Source of the DNA: Candidatus Woesearchaeota archaeon
GTDB lineage: Archaea; Nanobdellota; Nanobdellia; Woesearchaeales; ARS49
Length of the DNA: 64,000 nt
Reading direction: 5' to 3'
Assembly: GCA_037445145.1 (NCBI GenBank)
Contig: JBBILB010000003.1
Location: 976 to 64,975, forward strand
A program made the position numbers and the translations under genes. Numbering within the stretch: the first letter of the stretch is position 1; each line of letters starts with the position of its first letter. The notes under the pieces were generated by a model. That model was not told the DNA's origin and ran no database searches. It saw only the letters and a list, made by a program, of their open reading frames with translations. Below are positions 36,804 through 45,772 of this stretch, piece after piece.

Positions 36804-36915
36804 AATCAAGCACCTCTTGATTTTTTTTAAGGAGTTTTCTGCAAGTGAGTATATAAGCTTTGCTTTCACAAACAACGAAATCTATATATACCTGTTTCTA
36901 CTCTTGAAGAGTATT

Positions 36916-37347
36916 ATGAACAAAGCAGTTATTTTGACAGTGATTGCAATGTTAGTTCTCTTAACAGCCTGTGGCGGAAAGCAGCTGGAGGCAAAGCCGT
37001 TAAGCAGCAGGGCGCCGACAGCAGCAGTTATTTCTGAACCAGAACCTGCACCAGCGCCAGAGCAAACCAGCATTGAGACGGCAGCGCAGGCAATAGTTAG
37101 GCTCAGGGAGCAAATGCAAAACGTGCAGCCAATAACCAAAACATCCTCGCTAAAGGAAGGAAACACAGGAATGCCGCCAGCACCGGCAGGAGTGACAGGC
37201 AAGGATGCCCTTGCAGCACGCACAAGGGCGCTGTTCAGCAAGAGCACAGGAATATCAGAAGCAGTTGATGCAATCACAGCATTCCCTGATTATTCAAAGG
37301 AATCAAACCTGCCAGAAGAATACCAGCAGGGCGGACAGTACGACTGA
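36916..37347 (+). CDS. Putative lipoprotein
   Basis: Start moved to MNKAVILTVIAMLVLLTAC-GG (lipobox-like LLTAC), followed by a Pro/Ala-rich linker. Confidence 0.55.
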   Translation: MNKAVILTVIAMLVLLTACGGKQLEAKPLSSRAPTAAVISEPEPAPAPEQTSIETAAQAIVRLREQMQNVQPITKTSSLKEGNTGMPPAPAGVTGKDALAARTRALFSKSTGISEAVDAITAFPDYSKESNLPEEYQQGGQYD

Positions 37348-38021
37348 CTGATTTCTCAAAAGGGCAAAGTCAACTCTTTGGTGGTAAAATAAATCCTGGT
37401 TCTTTTTGATAAGAAAAAGATCGGCAGCTAACATGCATTGTAGCTAATGTTGCTGATCAGAGACACAAAAATGGATCTACAAACAGATCTGAATAGTTTT
37501 AGCTGTGAAAATGGTACGGTTGTTCCATAGTGCAAAAGGTGTGACGTTGCAAAACTCGGCCATAATTCAGACCTGCTGAAATCATTACAGACGGACTCTG
37601 GCAGTAACAAGCCGCCATCAGAAAAGTTTTTGGGTGGAAGCACACCAAACACGCCATCGATAGCGGCATTGGCAAGAATGCCAGAATAGAACGCATAAAC
37701 AAAGAAACCAGAAAAAGAATAAAATGGTTCACCACGTTCCAATCATTACGGTCTAAAGGCGTTCTTCAACATATTCTTCTACCATTATAACCACACCAAG
37801 CACAATAGAATAACAGGCATGACGCCTGCAGCAAAGGCTGGAGTTAAAACTCCTACCTTTCAAACACTGCTCTGGCGCTTCCCATCACCAGAACAGTTGA
37901 CCATCTTCTCAAAAGAAAGCTTTATAAACAGCACCCCTTGAGCCAAGAGCAATCTTCCCGCAAACTACCGCCTCCGGGAAAACGGTTCGCCGTTCCAACG
38001 GTTTGGTAGGAGGGTCGAATA

Positions 38022-38792
38022 ATGGCAAGCAAAGAAGAATTCATCAAAACACTGCAGTTTGTCCGGGCTAATTCTCCCAAAAGGAAGTTTGCACAGAGCA
38101 TAGACCTAATATTCAACCTCAAAGACCTTGACCTCAAGAAACCGGAAGAACAGCTTGATGTCTGGGTGCCCCTTGCGCATGCCCGCGGAAAGGAGGTAAG
38201 GATTGCAGCCCTTGTCGGACCAGAAATGCAGGAGCAAGCAAAGGCATTCTGCGACACAGTCATAATGCACGACGACTTCAAGAGGTATGAGGGCAAAAAA
38301 AAGGAAATCAAGAAGCTCGCAAAGACTCACGATTTCTTCATCGCGCAGGCAAACATAATGCCTGACGTTGCAAAATTCTTCGGACGCGTCCTTGGACCGA
38401 GGGGAAAAATGCCAAACCCAAAGGCAGGATGCGTTGTGCCGCCAAACGCAAACCTCAAAGCACTTGTTGAAAAACTCAAGAGGACACTACACATTGTTGC
38501 AAAGACGCAAATGTCTGCAAAGTGCGCTGTTGGAAAAGAAGACATGAAGGATGAAGAACTTATCGAGAACATAATGACGGTCTTTAACGCAGTGGTCCAC
38601 GCGCTCCCGCAGGAACAGAACAACATAAAATCAATCATGCTAAAGTACTCTATGGGACCTGTGGTAAGGGTTGGCGCAGAAGAACCTCCCAAAAAGCCCG
38701 AATCAGAGCAGAAAAAGGAAGAGCCAAAGCCAGAAACATCTGCAAAGCCAAAGAGAGCGCCAAAAAAAGGCAAAGGAGGTGAAGCCCGATGA
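38022..38792 (+). CDS. rpl1: Ribosomal protein uL1 with about 40-aa K/E/P-rich C-terminal extension
   Basis: uL1 core (FAQSIDLIFNLKDLDLKKPE..., GPRGKMPNPK). SD aggaggg lies 8 nt upstream. Confidence 0.9.
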   Translation: MASKEEFIKTLQFVRANSPKRKFAQSIDLIFNLKDLDLKKPEEQLDVWVPLAHARGKEVRIAALVGPEMQEQAKAFCDTVIMHDDFKRYEGKKKEIKKLAKTHDFFIAQANIMPDVAKFFGRVLGPRGKMPNPKAGCVVPPNANLKALVEKLKRTLHIVAKTQMSAKCAVGKEDMKDEELIENIMTVFNAVVHALPQEQNNIKSIMLKYSMGPVVRVGAEEPPKKPESEQKKEEPKPETSAKPKRAPKKGKGGEAR

Positions 38793-39664
38793 GCAGAAAG
38801 GATAGGAGCAAGAAAACCTCCAATGCAGCGCCGGAAAAAAAGGCAGTAATCAAGAAAATACTGGAGCTCTCAAAAAAATATCCAATAATAGGCGTGCTGA
38901 ACATGCACTCACTTCCTGCAGCGCAGTACGCACGCATGAGGGGCAAGCTCAGGCAGAATGTTGAAATGCTGATGACAAAGAAAAGCCTAATCCTGCTCGC
39001 GCTTGAAAAGCTGAAAGAAACAAAGAAAGGCATTGAGACACTGGAAAAATACCTGCCTAAAATGCCTGCGCTCATATTCACAAAGGACAACCCGTTCGCG
39101 CTGTTCAAGACAATAAAGAAAAACAAGAGCAAGGCACCTGCAAAAGCAGGCCAGCTGGCACCATTTGACATTATTGTGCCGGCAGGACCAACGCCGTTTG
39201 CCCCAGGACCCGTGCTTTCAGAGCTCGCACAGCTCGGAATAAAGGCAGGTGTTGAGGGCGGAAAGGTCGCTGTAAAGCAGGACTGCACGGTATGCAAGCA
39301 GGGCCAGGCAATCAAGCCGGCGCTTGCATCAATGCTTGCACGCCTGGGAATTGAGCCGATGGAAATCGGGCTTGACCTTGTGGCAGTCTATGAAGCCGGA
39401 ATGATTTATCCAAAGACAGTCCTTGACATTGACGAAGTCAAATTCATGAGCGACATTACAACAGCAGCAAGCTGGGCATTCAACCTAGCAATGGAAAGCT
39501 GCTATGCCTCAAAGGACACTGTGGAGCCATTATTGCAGAAGGCATTCAGGGAGGCAAAAGCGGTCGCGCTTGAAGGCGGAGTCATGGAGCCAGAGCTCAT
39601 GGGAGAGCTTCTGGCAAAGGCAGAGCGCGAGGCGATGTCCGTGCAATCAGAATTACCAAAATAA
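38789..39664 (+). CDS. rpl10: Ribosomal stalk protein uL10 (P0)
   Basis: ATGA overlap with rpl1. P0 pattern (YPIIGVLNMHSLPAAQYARMR...). Confidence 0.9.
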   Translation: MSRKDRSKKTSNAAPEKKAVIKKILELSKKYPIIGVLNMHSLPAAQYARMRGKLRQNVEMLMTKKSLILLALEKLKETKKGIETLEKYLPKMPALIFTKDNPFALFKTIKKNKSKAPAKAGQLAPFDIIVPAGPTPFAPGPVLSELAQLGIKAGVEGGKVAVKQDCTVCKQGQAIKPALASMLARLGIEPMEIGLDLVAVYEAGMIYPKTVLDIDEVKFMSDITTAASWAFNLAMESCYASKDTVEPLLQKAFREAKAVALEGGVMEPELMGELLAKAEREAMSVQSELPK

Positions 39665-39685
39665 CAGTTATCGGAGGTATGAACA

Positions 39686-39997
39686 ATGGAATACATCTAT
39701 GCGGCCATGCTGATCCACAAGGCAGGCGGCAAGGTGGACGAAGCAACAGTCAAGAAAGTGCTTGATGCAGCAGGAGTCAAGCCAGACGAGGCGCGCATCA
39801 AGGCACTGGTTGCTTCATTGCAGGGCGTCAACATTGACGAGGCAGTGAAGAAGGCGGCTGTTGCTCCAGTTGCTGTTGCAGCCGCGCCGGCAGCCGGAGA
39901 GGCAAAGGCAGAGAAGAAGGAAGAAAAGAAGTCCGCAGAGGAAAGCAAGAAGCAGGAAGAAGCTGCGGCTGCGGGCCTCAGCGCGCTCTTCGGATAA
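39686..39997 (+). CDS. rpl12: Ribosomal stalk protein P1 (L12e)
   Basis: [17 protein letters not shown]...Ala-rich hinge...[13 protein letters not shown]. Confidence 0.9.
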   Translation: MEYIYAAMLIHKAGGKVDEATVKKVLDAAGVKPDEARIKALVASLQGVNIDEAVKKAAVAPVAVAAAPAAGEAKAEKKEEKKSAEESKKQEEAAAAGLSALFG

Positions 39998-40074
39998 AGA
40001 AGGACGCTGAGGGCTCGTAGTTTTAAGCTTCTGGCGGCTGCGGGCCACTTCAACGAGCCAGATGCACTGCCCAA

Positions 40075-40959
40075 ATGCTGACACCTGAGGAACGCAAGGC
40101 CTTACAAGCACAACTGGATGAGCTTCAACCAAAAATCAGGGAACTGAAGCAGAGACTTAACCAGCTGAACGACCAGAAGGAAAAGGCGTTCCAGCAAAGG
40201 AACCCTGTCGGCAAAGAGATTTCTAAGCTCGTACACGAGATCAAGCAGCTAAAGCAGGAGCGCGATTCCTTAACAGATGAAGTCAAGAAGCTGAAAGAAA
40301 AACGCACAGAACTTAACGAGATTATCAAGAACAAGATTGAGGAAGCAAAAAAGCTCAATACGGAAAAGAAAAAGGTAGCAGCAAAGTTCGGGCTCAAGGA
40401 AAACCCCTCATTCATCAAAAAACAGATTGACAAGCTTGAGCACAAGATAGAGACAGAGGTGATTTCTTTTGACAAGGAAAAGGCAATAATGAAGGAAATA
40501 AAGGAACTCAAAAAGCGCTACAATGAGGCAAAGGAATCAAGCGCTGTCTGGGACGCAGCGCACCAGATCAGCAAGGAAATTGACGCAATACAAGAGCAGT
40601 CAGACGAAATCCACAAACAAATACAGCAAAAGGCAAAGCTCAGCCAGGAAAAGCACGAGCGCATCATCGAGCAGAGCAAAAAAGTGGATGAACTGCGCGG
40701 GAAAGGAAACACGTTCACAAAAGACATAACTGAAAGTAAGTCAGAAATAGCAAAGCTCAGCGAAGAGCTTGGAGTCCTTCTGAAGCAGGCGTCTGAGCTG
40801 AACGCAAAGCTTTCTGCCGAAAGAAAGGAAAAAGAGGCTGAAAAACAGAAGCAAAGGGCAAAGAAGTTCTCGGAAAAGCTTGCCGAAGCCAAGGAAAAAC
40901 TCAGAAAAGGCGAAAAACTCACAACAGAAGACATACTAATAATGCAGGGCGAGAAATAA
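40075..40959 (+). CDS. Archaeal coiled-coil protein (COG1340-like)
   Basis: 294 aa, nearly all heptad repeats. LEHKIETEVISFDKEKAIMKEIKELKK box. Positioned after the stalk operon. Confidence 0.55.
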   Translation: MLTPEERKALQAQLDELQPKIRELKQRLNQLNDQKEKAFQQRNPVGKEISKLVHEIKQLKQERDSLTDEVKKLKEKRTELNEIIKNKIEEAKKLNTEKKKVAAKFGLKENPSFIKKQIDKLEHKIETEVISFDKEKAIMKEIKELKKRYNEAKESSAVWDAAHQISKEIDAIQEQSDEIHKQIQQKAKLSQEKHERIIEQSKKVDELRGKGNTFTKDITESKSEIAKLSEELGVLLKQASELNAKLSAERKEKEAEKQKQRAKKFSEKLAEAKEKLRKGEKLTTEDILIMQGEK

Positions 40960-40960
40960 A

Positions 40961-41158
40961 TTACTTCTTATCCTGCTTTTCAGGCTTTTCCACCTTGATA
41001 AACTCGGCGTACTTGCAGGCTCCGCAGTAAAGCCTGTCCTTGTGAGCAGCCAACGTGAAGCCAGTGCCGCATTTCGGGCAGGACTTGTTCTTCTTCACAA
41101 CCTTATCGCCTTCCTTCTTGTACGTGTTCCAGATACCCTTGGGTGCCTTGTCTGCCAT
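40961..41158 (-). CDS. rps27ae: Ribosomal protein eS31 (S27ae)
   Basis: CPKCGTGFTLAAHKDRLYCGACKY zinc ribbon. Confidence 0.9.
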   Translation of the reverse strand: MADKAPKGIWNTYKKEGDKVVKKNKSCPKCGTGFTLAAHKDRLYCGACKYAEFIKVEKPEKQDKK

Positions 41159-41520
41159 TATGATTTCGCCTCTGCCTTATTAGGCTCTTCTTTCTTTGCC
41201 TCTGCTGCCGGAGCTGCACCTGCTGCAGGCGCTGCCGGCCCGCCTGCAAGCTTTTCCTTTGCCTTCTTCCCAAGCCTCACAACCTTTTCAAGCTGCTCCC
41301 TGCTTGGGTAAACGTGCGCCTCAAACCTTGCCTTTTTGACTCCAAAACCAGTGTAAATGTGCGTTATGAAGATCGCATCTGCCTTTGCATTAAGCTTTGT
41401 TGCAAGTGCATCAATCAATTGTTTTTGTGAAGGGGTTGCTGCCTCAAAAACAATTTCACCTTGCACTTCCTTCCTTTGCAGGAAAGGATTTTCTGTTGTT
41501 TTGCTTATCATAATCTCCAT
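41158..41520 (-). CDS. rps24e: Ribosomal protein eS24 with Ala/Lys-rich tail
   Basis: NPFLQRKEV...ATPSQKQLIDALATKL...FGVKKARFEAHVYPS. Confidence 0.9.
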   Translation of the reverse strand: MEIMISKTTENPFLQRKEVQGEIVFEAATPSQKQLIDALATKLNAKADAIFITHIYTGFGVKKARFEAHVYPSREQLEKVVRLGKKAKEKLAGGPAAPAAGAAPAAEAKKEEPNKAEAKS

Positions 41521-41709
41521 TCAGGTCACCTTTATTGCATACTCACCCTTCACTCCAATACCCATCTTCCTTGCAATGTCGCTTTTGTTGGAGTCAATGA
41601 TGTTAATCCTGCCTTTCCAGTTAACGACAAACTGGGCGCTGTGGCAAACAGGGCACTCATTGCCCTCAACAAACAACTTGCACTTCTTGCATGCCTTTTT
41701 CTTGGTCAT
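41521..41709 (-). CDS. spt4: Transcription elongation factor Spt4 (RpoE-double-prime)
   Basis: ACKKCKLFVEGNECPVCHS...WKGRINIIDSNKSDIARKMGI...GEYAIKV. Confidence 0.85.
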   Translation of the reverse strand: MTKKKACKKCKLFVEGNECPVCHSAQFVVNWKGRINIIDSNKSDIARKMGIGVKGEYAIKVT

Positions 41710-41712
41710 CTT

Positions 41713-42300
41713 TTATTTCTCCGCCTTCTTGGCTTTCTTTTCCTTCTTCTCTTCCTTCTCAACAGCAGGCTTTGCCTCTGCAGCCCAGTCTGTCTTGCCC
41801 ATTCCCTGCTGGCGCATCGTGAGACCGATCTTCGGGTTGTTCGGGTCCTTGAACGAGACTGCTATGACTCTTGCCCTGCAGATGTCTCCGACTTTCAGCA
41901 CGCGCTTTGAGTCCCTTCCTGAAAGCACTTTTTCCTTTGCAAAGCTGACAAAGTCATCCATTGTCTGCGAGATGTGAATCATTCCGTCAATCGGGCCAAG
42001 AGTTATGAAGGCGCCGAAATCAGCAATGTCCTTTATCCTGCCGACAACAACCTCCTGCAGCTCTGGCTTGTAAGCAAGTATGTCAAAAGTTGTCTCATAA
42101 TAGCTTGCGCCGTCTCCTGGAATTATTATGCCTTCTCCGACATGCTTGACATCAACAACGTCAATCACGACGCCTATGCCAGGGTCAATTAGCCCGTCGT
42201 ATTTCAGCTTGATTCCTGCCTTTACGGCATCCTTCAGGTCTTTGCCAAAAAACCTTGGCGATACCCTGATGTGGTCCTGAACAGTCACCTTGTAATACAT
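41713..42300 (-). CDS. rpoE: RNA polymerase subunit E-prime (Rpo7) with Lys-rich tail
   Basis: Start moved to MYYKVTVQDHIRVSP. S1 domain GRIKDIADFGAFITLGPIDGMIHISQ. Confidence 0.85.
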   Translation of the reverse strand: MYYKVTVQDHIRVSPRFFGKDLKDAVKAGIKLKYDGLIDPGIGVVIDVVDVKHVGEGIIIPGDGASYYETTFDILAYKPELQEVVVGRIKDIADFGAFITLGPIDGMIHISQTMDDFVSFAKEKVLSGRDSKRVLKVGDICRARVIAVSFKDPNNPKIGLTMRQQGMGKTDWAAEAKPAVEKEEKKEKKAKKAEK

Positions 42301-42381
42301 TTTTTGCCTCTTGGTTTGCATCAATGCCTGCAGCCAAAAAAAGGCCAGGCATCTCATTATTGTGAAAAGATAAGGGGCTGT

Positions 42382-42777
42382 TTAAAAAGCTTTTGGAATG
42401 AACTCCAAATACTTCCTTTGCCGTATTACAACAACAGAAATCCCCTTTTCCCTTAGCTTTCTCTTCAGGCCCTGGTCCTGTGTGGCGACAATCGTGTCTT
42501 TGTTTGCCGCCTTCAGGATAAGGGCGTCTGTGTAGCCCTTTTTGTCCGTCGTTATGATGCCAATGCGCTTCTTCATAATGAGCTGCTTTGCAAGGCGCGC
42601 GCCTGTCCTTGCATCCTGCTTTCCTCCTGTTATTATCGTGTCAAGCTCGTCAAGGGTCTTGTCAACAACAGCAAGCCTGTGCTGGAACGGCAGTATCCGC
42701 GCAATTTCGCTGAAAAAATCAACCTTCCTAGCAAGGCAGTCTACAAGGAAGTTCGTGTCAAGTATTACTGTCTTCAT
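42382..42777 (-). CDS. PIN-domain protein (Fcf1/COG1412-like)
   Basis: Start moved to MKTVILDTNFLVDCL... ...IVATQDQGLKRKLREKGISVV. The order PIN-Rpo7-Spt4-S24e-S27ae is conserved. Confidence 0.8.
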   Translation of the reverse strand: MKTVILDTNFLVDCLARKVDFFSEIARILPFQHRLAVVDKTLDELDTIITGGKQDARTGARLAKQLIMKKRIGIITTDKKGYTDALILKAANKDTIVATQDQGLKRKLREKGISVVVIRQRKYLEFIPKAF

Positions 42778-42847
42778 ACCGGCAAAAGAAAAGACAGGAG
42801 TAATTAAATGTTGCCTATTTGAGTTTTGTTGCAAAGTCAGCATTGTG

Positions 42848-42875
42848 CCGCGGTCGTGCATTTGCACGACCGCGG
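42848..42875. other. Perfect 12-bp GC-rich hairpin downstream of the Cys-rich protein gene
   Basis: ccgcggtcgtgc-attt-gcacgaccgcgg. Confidence 0.6.
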
Positions 42876-42916
42876 GTTCAGGCGCGACGCTGTACGAGAA
42901 ACCTTGCAATGCAAAC

Positions 42917-43351
42917 CTATTTGAAATCAGGCTTTTCTCCCTGTGGAATGCTGTAATAATCACAGCCCTGAAGACACCTGAGAAGGTCAGTGTCACACTT
43001 CTGGTGTGTTGCATTGTTCCGCGCACCAACATGACACCACAAGTTCACCCTGTTGCACCTCTTCTGGCACAATGCATAATTTTGCCAAGAATAAATGCCA
43101 GAGATAGGCACGTCCTTTGCCGCAATGCACCTCCCCAATGAGGGCGAGCACATATTGCACTTGCCAATGCAGTCAGAAGCGCGCAGGCAGACAGCACCAC
43201 AGTTATCAGGAAGATAAGTTGGCTTCTGCCACCACGTCACCCTTGTGCCATACATCCCTATTGTGTTTGGACCTGAAAGAATTGCATAAATGCCTATCGC
43301 AGCTATTAACAACACTGCAAGAAAAACAGCAACAGGGCTTCCTTTTTCCAT
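42917..43351 (-). CDS. Secreted Cys-rich protein (14 Cys in 144 aa)
   Basis: N-terminal signal/anchor VAVFLAVLLIAAIGIYAIL. Many Cys. TATA cttttataac lies about 25 nt upstream. Confidence 0.6.
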   Translation of the reverse strand: MEKGSPVAVFLAVLLIAAIGIYAILSGPNTIGMYGTRVTWWQKPTYLPDNCGAVCLRASDCIGKCNMCSPSLGRCIAAKDVPISGIYSWQNYALCQKRCNRVNLWCHVGARNNATHQKCDTDLLRCLQGCDYYSIPQGEKPDFK

Positions 43352-43423
43352 AAAAGAGTTCTTGTTGCCCCTGTTATAAAAGGGTTTCGGCGGCGGGTAA
43401 GGTCAAGCCCGGTATGTTGTGCC

Positions 43424-43515
43424 AAGCCGACCGCAGTTTTTTACTGATTTATCTCTCCCCGCACAAGCAATGGGAGAGATAAATCACCCGGGCGAAACTC
43501 GGGCGCAGTCGGCTT
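43424..43515. other. Nested-hairpin structured element (possible small ncRNA or palindromic repeat)
   Basis: Outer pairing aagccgac (43424-31) with gtcggctt (43508-15). Inner perfect 15-bp stem 43445-59 / 43472-86. A second hairpin is cccggg-cgaaa-ctcggg. A T6 run lies at 43436-41. Confidence 0.45.
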
Positions 43516-43604
43516 AGCATAACTGAAATCAAATTCAGGTACGGCGCTGAAAGCAGGGTTTCTATCAAGCCACGGCATTACCTTTTTATACAAGCATTAG
43601 CGCA

Positions 43605-44873
43605 GTGAGCAAAGTGGAAGGCACAAAACATATTCTGAAGCAGGTCCTGGAGGAAATAACACCAAGCAGGGAGGAAAGGGCGGCCACGCTCAAGACAGTC
43701 AATACTTTCCTCACGGCGCTGAACAAGTCATTGAGTAAAAACAAGCTCAGTGCAAGGGCGGTGCTTGGTGGGAGCTATGCAAAAGACACGTGGCTCAAGG
43801 GAGATTATGATGTTGACATTTTTGTCAAGTTTGCCCTGAAGCACAAAAAAGACAACTTGAGCAGCCTGCTTGAAAAGGCATTGAAGCCGTGGAAGGCAGA
43901 AAAAGTGCACGGCTCAAGGGACTACTTCTGGGTTCACGAAAAAAAGTTCAGGTTTGAAATAATCCCTGTGCTGGCAATAAGGCGGGCAGAGGACGCGGAA
44001 AATGTCACAGACTTCTCGCCATTGCACGTGCAGTGGGTCAACAAGAACGGCAAAAAATACAAGGATGACATAAGACTGTTCAAGAAGTTCTGTAAAGCGC
44101 AGGGCGTTTATGGCGCAGAGAGCTACATACGCGGGTTTTCAGGGCACGTCGTAGACATACTTGTTATTTATCACAAGGGATTTCTGCCGTTGCTTAAGGC
44201 AGCAGCAAGATGGAAGCCAAAGACAATCATTGATTATTACCATCATTTTGACAAAAAGGCGTTGTTCATGCTTAACAAGAGCAAGATACAAGGGCCATTA
44301 ATCATTATAGACCCTGTGCAGAAGGAAAGAAACGCGGCAGCCGCCTTGAGCTATGACAAGTATGACGGGCTTGTTGCAGCAGCCAAGAAATTCCTGAAAA
44401 AGCCGTCAAAAGATTTTTTTGTAGAAACAGAGATTGACCTTGGAAAGCTTGCAAAGCGCGGGCATTTGGTGCATGTCTGCGCAAAAGCTCCAAAGGGAAA
44501 GGAGGATGTTGTTGGGACGCGGCTTTTGCACGTGTTTGAATACATCAAGCGCTGCCTTGAGGACTTTGGGCTTGTTGCCTCTGGATGGCGGTGGAACAAG
44601 GGAGCAGAGGCAGAATTCTGGTATGTTGTAAAGCAGGAAAAGCTGCCGCCAACAATGACAAGGGCAGGGCCTCCGCTTGAGCTCAAAAGCGCTGTTGAAA
44701 AATTCAAAAAAGCCCACAAAAAGACATTCATTTCAGACCACCGCATGATGGCAGAGGTGAAAAGGCGGTGGAGAACACCGGAAGAGGCCGTATGCGCAGC
44801 AACAAGAGATGAATATGTTGTGCTTCGCGGCATAAAGCTCTGGATTTTGTCCGGCAGGGAGGCCCGCGGATGA
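43605..44873 (+). CDS. cca: Archaeal class I CCA-adding enzyme
   Basis: GTG start. LGGSYAKDTWLKGDYDVDIFV and GVYGAESYIRGFSGHVVDILV. Confidence 0.85.
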   Translation: MSKVEGTKHILKQVLEEITPSREERAATLKTVNTFLTALNKSLSKNKLSARAVLGGSYAKDTWLKGDYDVDIFVKFALKHKKDNLSSLLEKALKPWKAEKVHGSRDYFWVHEKKFRFEIIPVLAIRRAEDAENVTDFSPLHVQWVNKNGKKYKDDIRLFKKFCKAQGVYGAESYIRGFSGHVVDILVIYHKGFLPLLKAAARWKPKTIIDYYHHFDKKALFMLNKSKIQGPLIIIDPVQKERNAAAALSYDKYDGLVAAAKKFLKKPSKDFFVETEIDLGKLAKRGHLVHVCAKAPKGKEDVVGTRLLHVFEYIKRCLEDFGLVASGWRWNKGAEAEFWYVVKQEKLPPTMTRAGPPLELKSAVEKFKKAHKKTFISDHRMMAEVKRRWRTPEEAVCAATRDEYVVLRGIKLWILSGREARG

Positions 44874-45337
44874 ACGCAATACTGCTTGGAATACTGCTCA
44901 GCATGACTCCTGTTGGAGAGCTTAGGGCAGGGCTGCCTGCTGCATTTGTGGCAGGAGTGCACCCCTTGCTGGCATATCTTGTTTGCGTTGCAGCCAATGT
45001 TATGGTAGCGCCGATAATTTTTGTCTTCCTCGAATACATCCATTACCATTTCCTGCACGTTGGCATGTACAGGACTGCCTTTGACAAGTTCATGGAGCGC
45101 ACCAGGCAGAAAACAGAGAAATACGTACAGAAGTACGGCTATTTCGGGCTTACTTTGTTTGTTTCAGTTCCACTACCACTGACAGGCGTATACACAGGCG
45201 CGCTTGCAGCATGGTTTTTCGGCATGAACAAGTGGAAGGCCCTTATTTCGATACTGCTCGGCGCTGCAATTGCAGGCGCAATTGTCCTTGCGGTCCTGCT
45301 AACAGGCAACACTGCATGGCAATGGGTAAAGGCTTGA
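44870..45337 (+). CDS. Small membrane protein, Sm_multidrug_ex / COG2426-like
   Basis: TPVGELRAGLPAAF motif and 4 TM helices. Confidence 0.55.
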   Translation: MNAILLGILLSMTPVGELRAGLPAAFVAGVHPLLAYLVCVAANVMVAPIIFVFLEYIHYHFLHVGMYRTAFDKFMERTRQKTEKYVQKYGYFGLTLFVSVPLPLTGVYTGALAAWFFGMNKWKALISILLGAAIAGAIVLAVLLTGNTAWQWVKA

Positions 45338-45419
45338 CTATCACGCAGTGGTTAGCAATGATTTTATACGCTCTGGCGTCTATTTTTTCCAAATTAACCA
45401 GTTAATGGAGGGATGCATA

Positions 45420-45752
45420 ATGGAAAAAGTAGGAACATGGGCGTTCCTGATTGGAGTCCTGATTGCCGTAGTGGCAGGGCTCGTACCAGCATTTGGCCAG
45501 CCACCCCTTGCAACGCAGGTCGCTTGGGTACTGGTTATTCTTGGCCTTGTGGTAGGATTCCTGAACATACGCGCAAGGGAAGCGCAGGAATTCCTGGTCG
45601 CCTGCATTGCAATACTTGTCATTGCAGGAATGGGCGGACTGCCACCGTTGGGAAGGACGATTGGAACAATCCTGACCAACATAATTGCATTTGTAGCACC
45701 GGCAGCAATACTCGTAGCGATCAGGGCAATCTGGGCTCTCGCAGAAGAATAA
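45420..45752 (+). CDS. Membrane protein (3-4 TM), unknown function
   Basis: ATG at 45420 preceded by ggaggg 8 nt upstream. It is followed by T6-c-T8 runs (45760-45774). Confidence 0.5.
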   Translation: MEKVGTWAFLIGVLIAVVAGLVPAFGQPPLATQVAWVLVILGLVVGFLNIRAREAQEFLVACIAILVIAGMGGLPPLGRTIGTILTNIIAFVAPAAILVAIRAIWALAEE

Positions 45753-45772
45753 ACAGAAATTTTTTCTTTTTT

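Noticed and set aside
43352-43604. SRP RNA or RNase P RNA in the cca upstream region.
   Set aside because: It lacks SRP helix-8 motifs (GNAR loop with AGCA/GGAA bulges) and RNase P CR-I GAGGAAAGTCC. It is far too short. It is kept only as an unclassified structured element.
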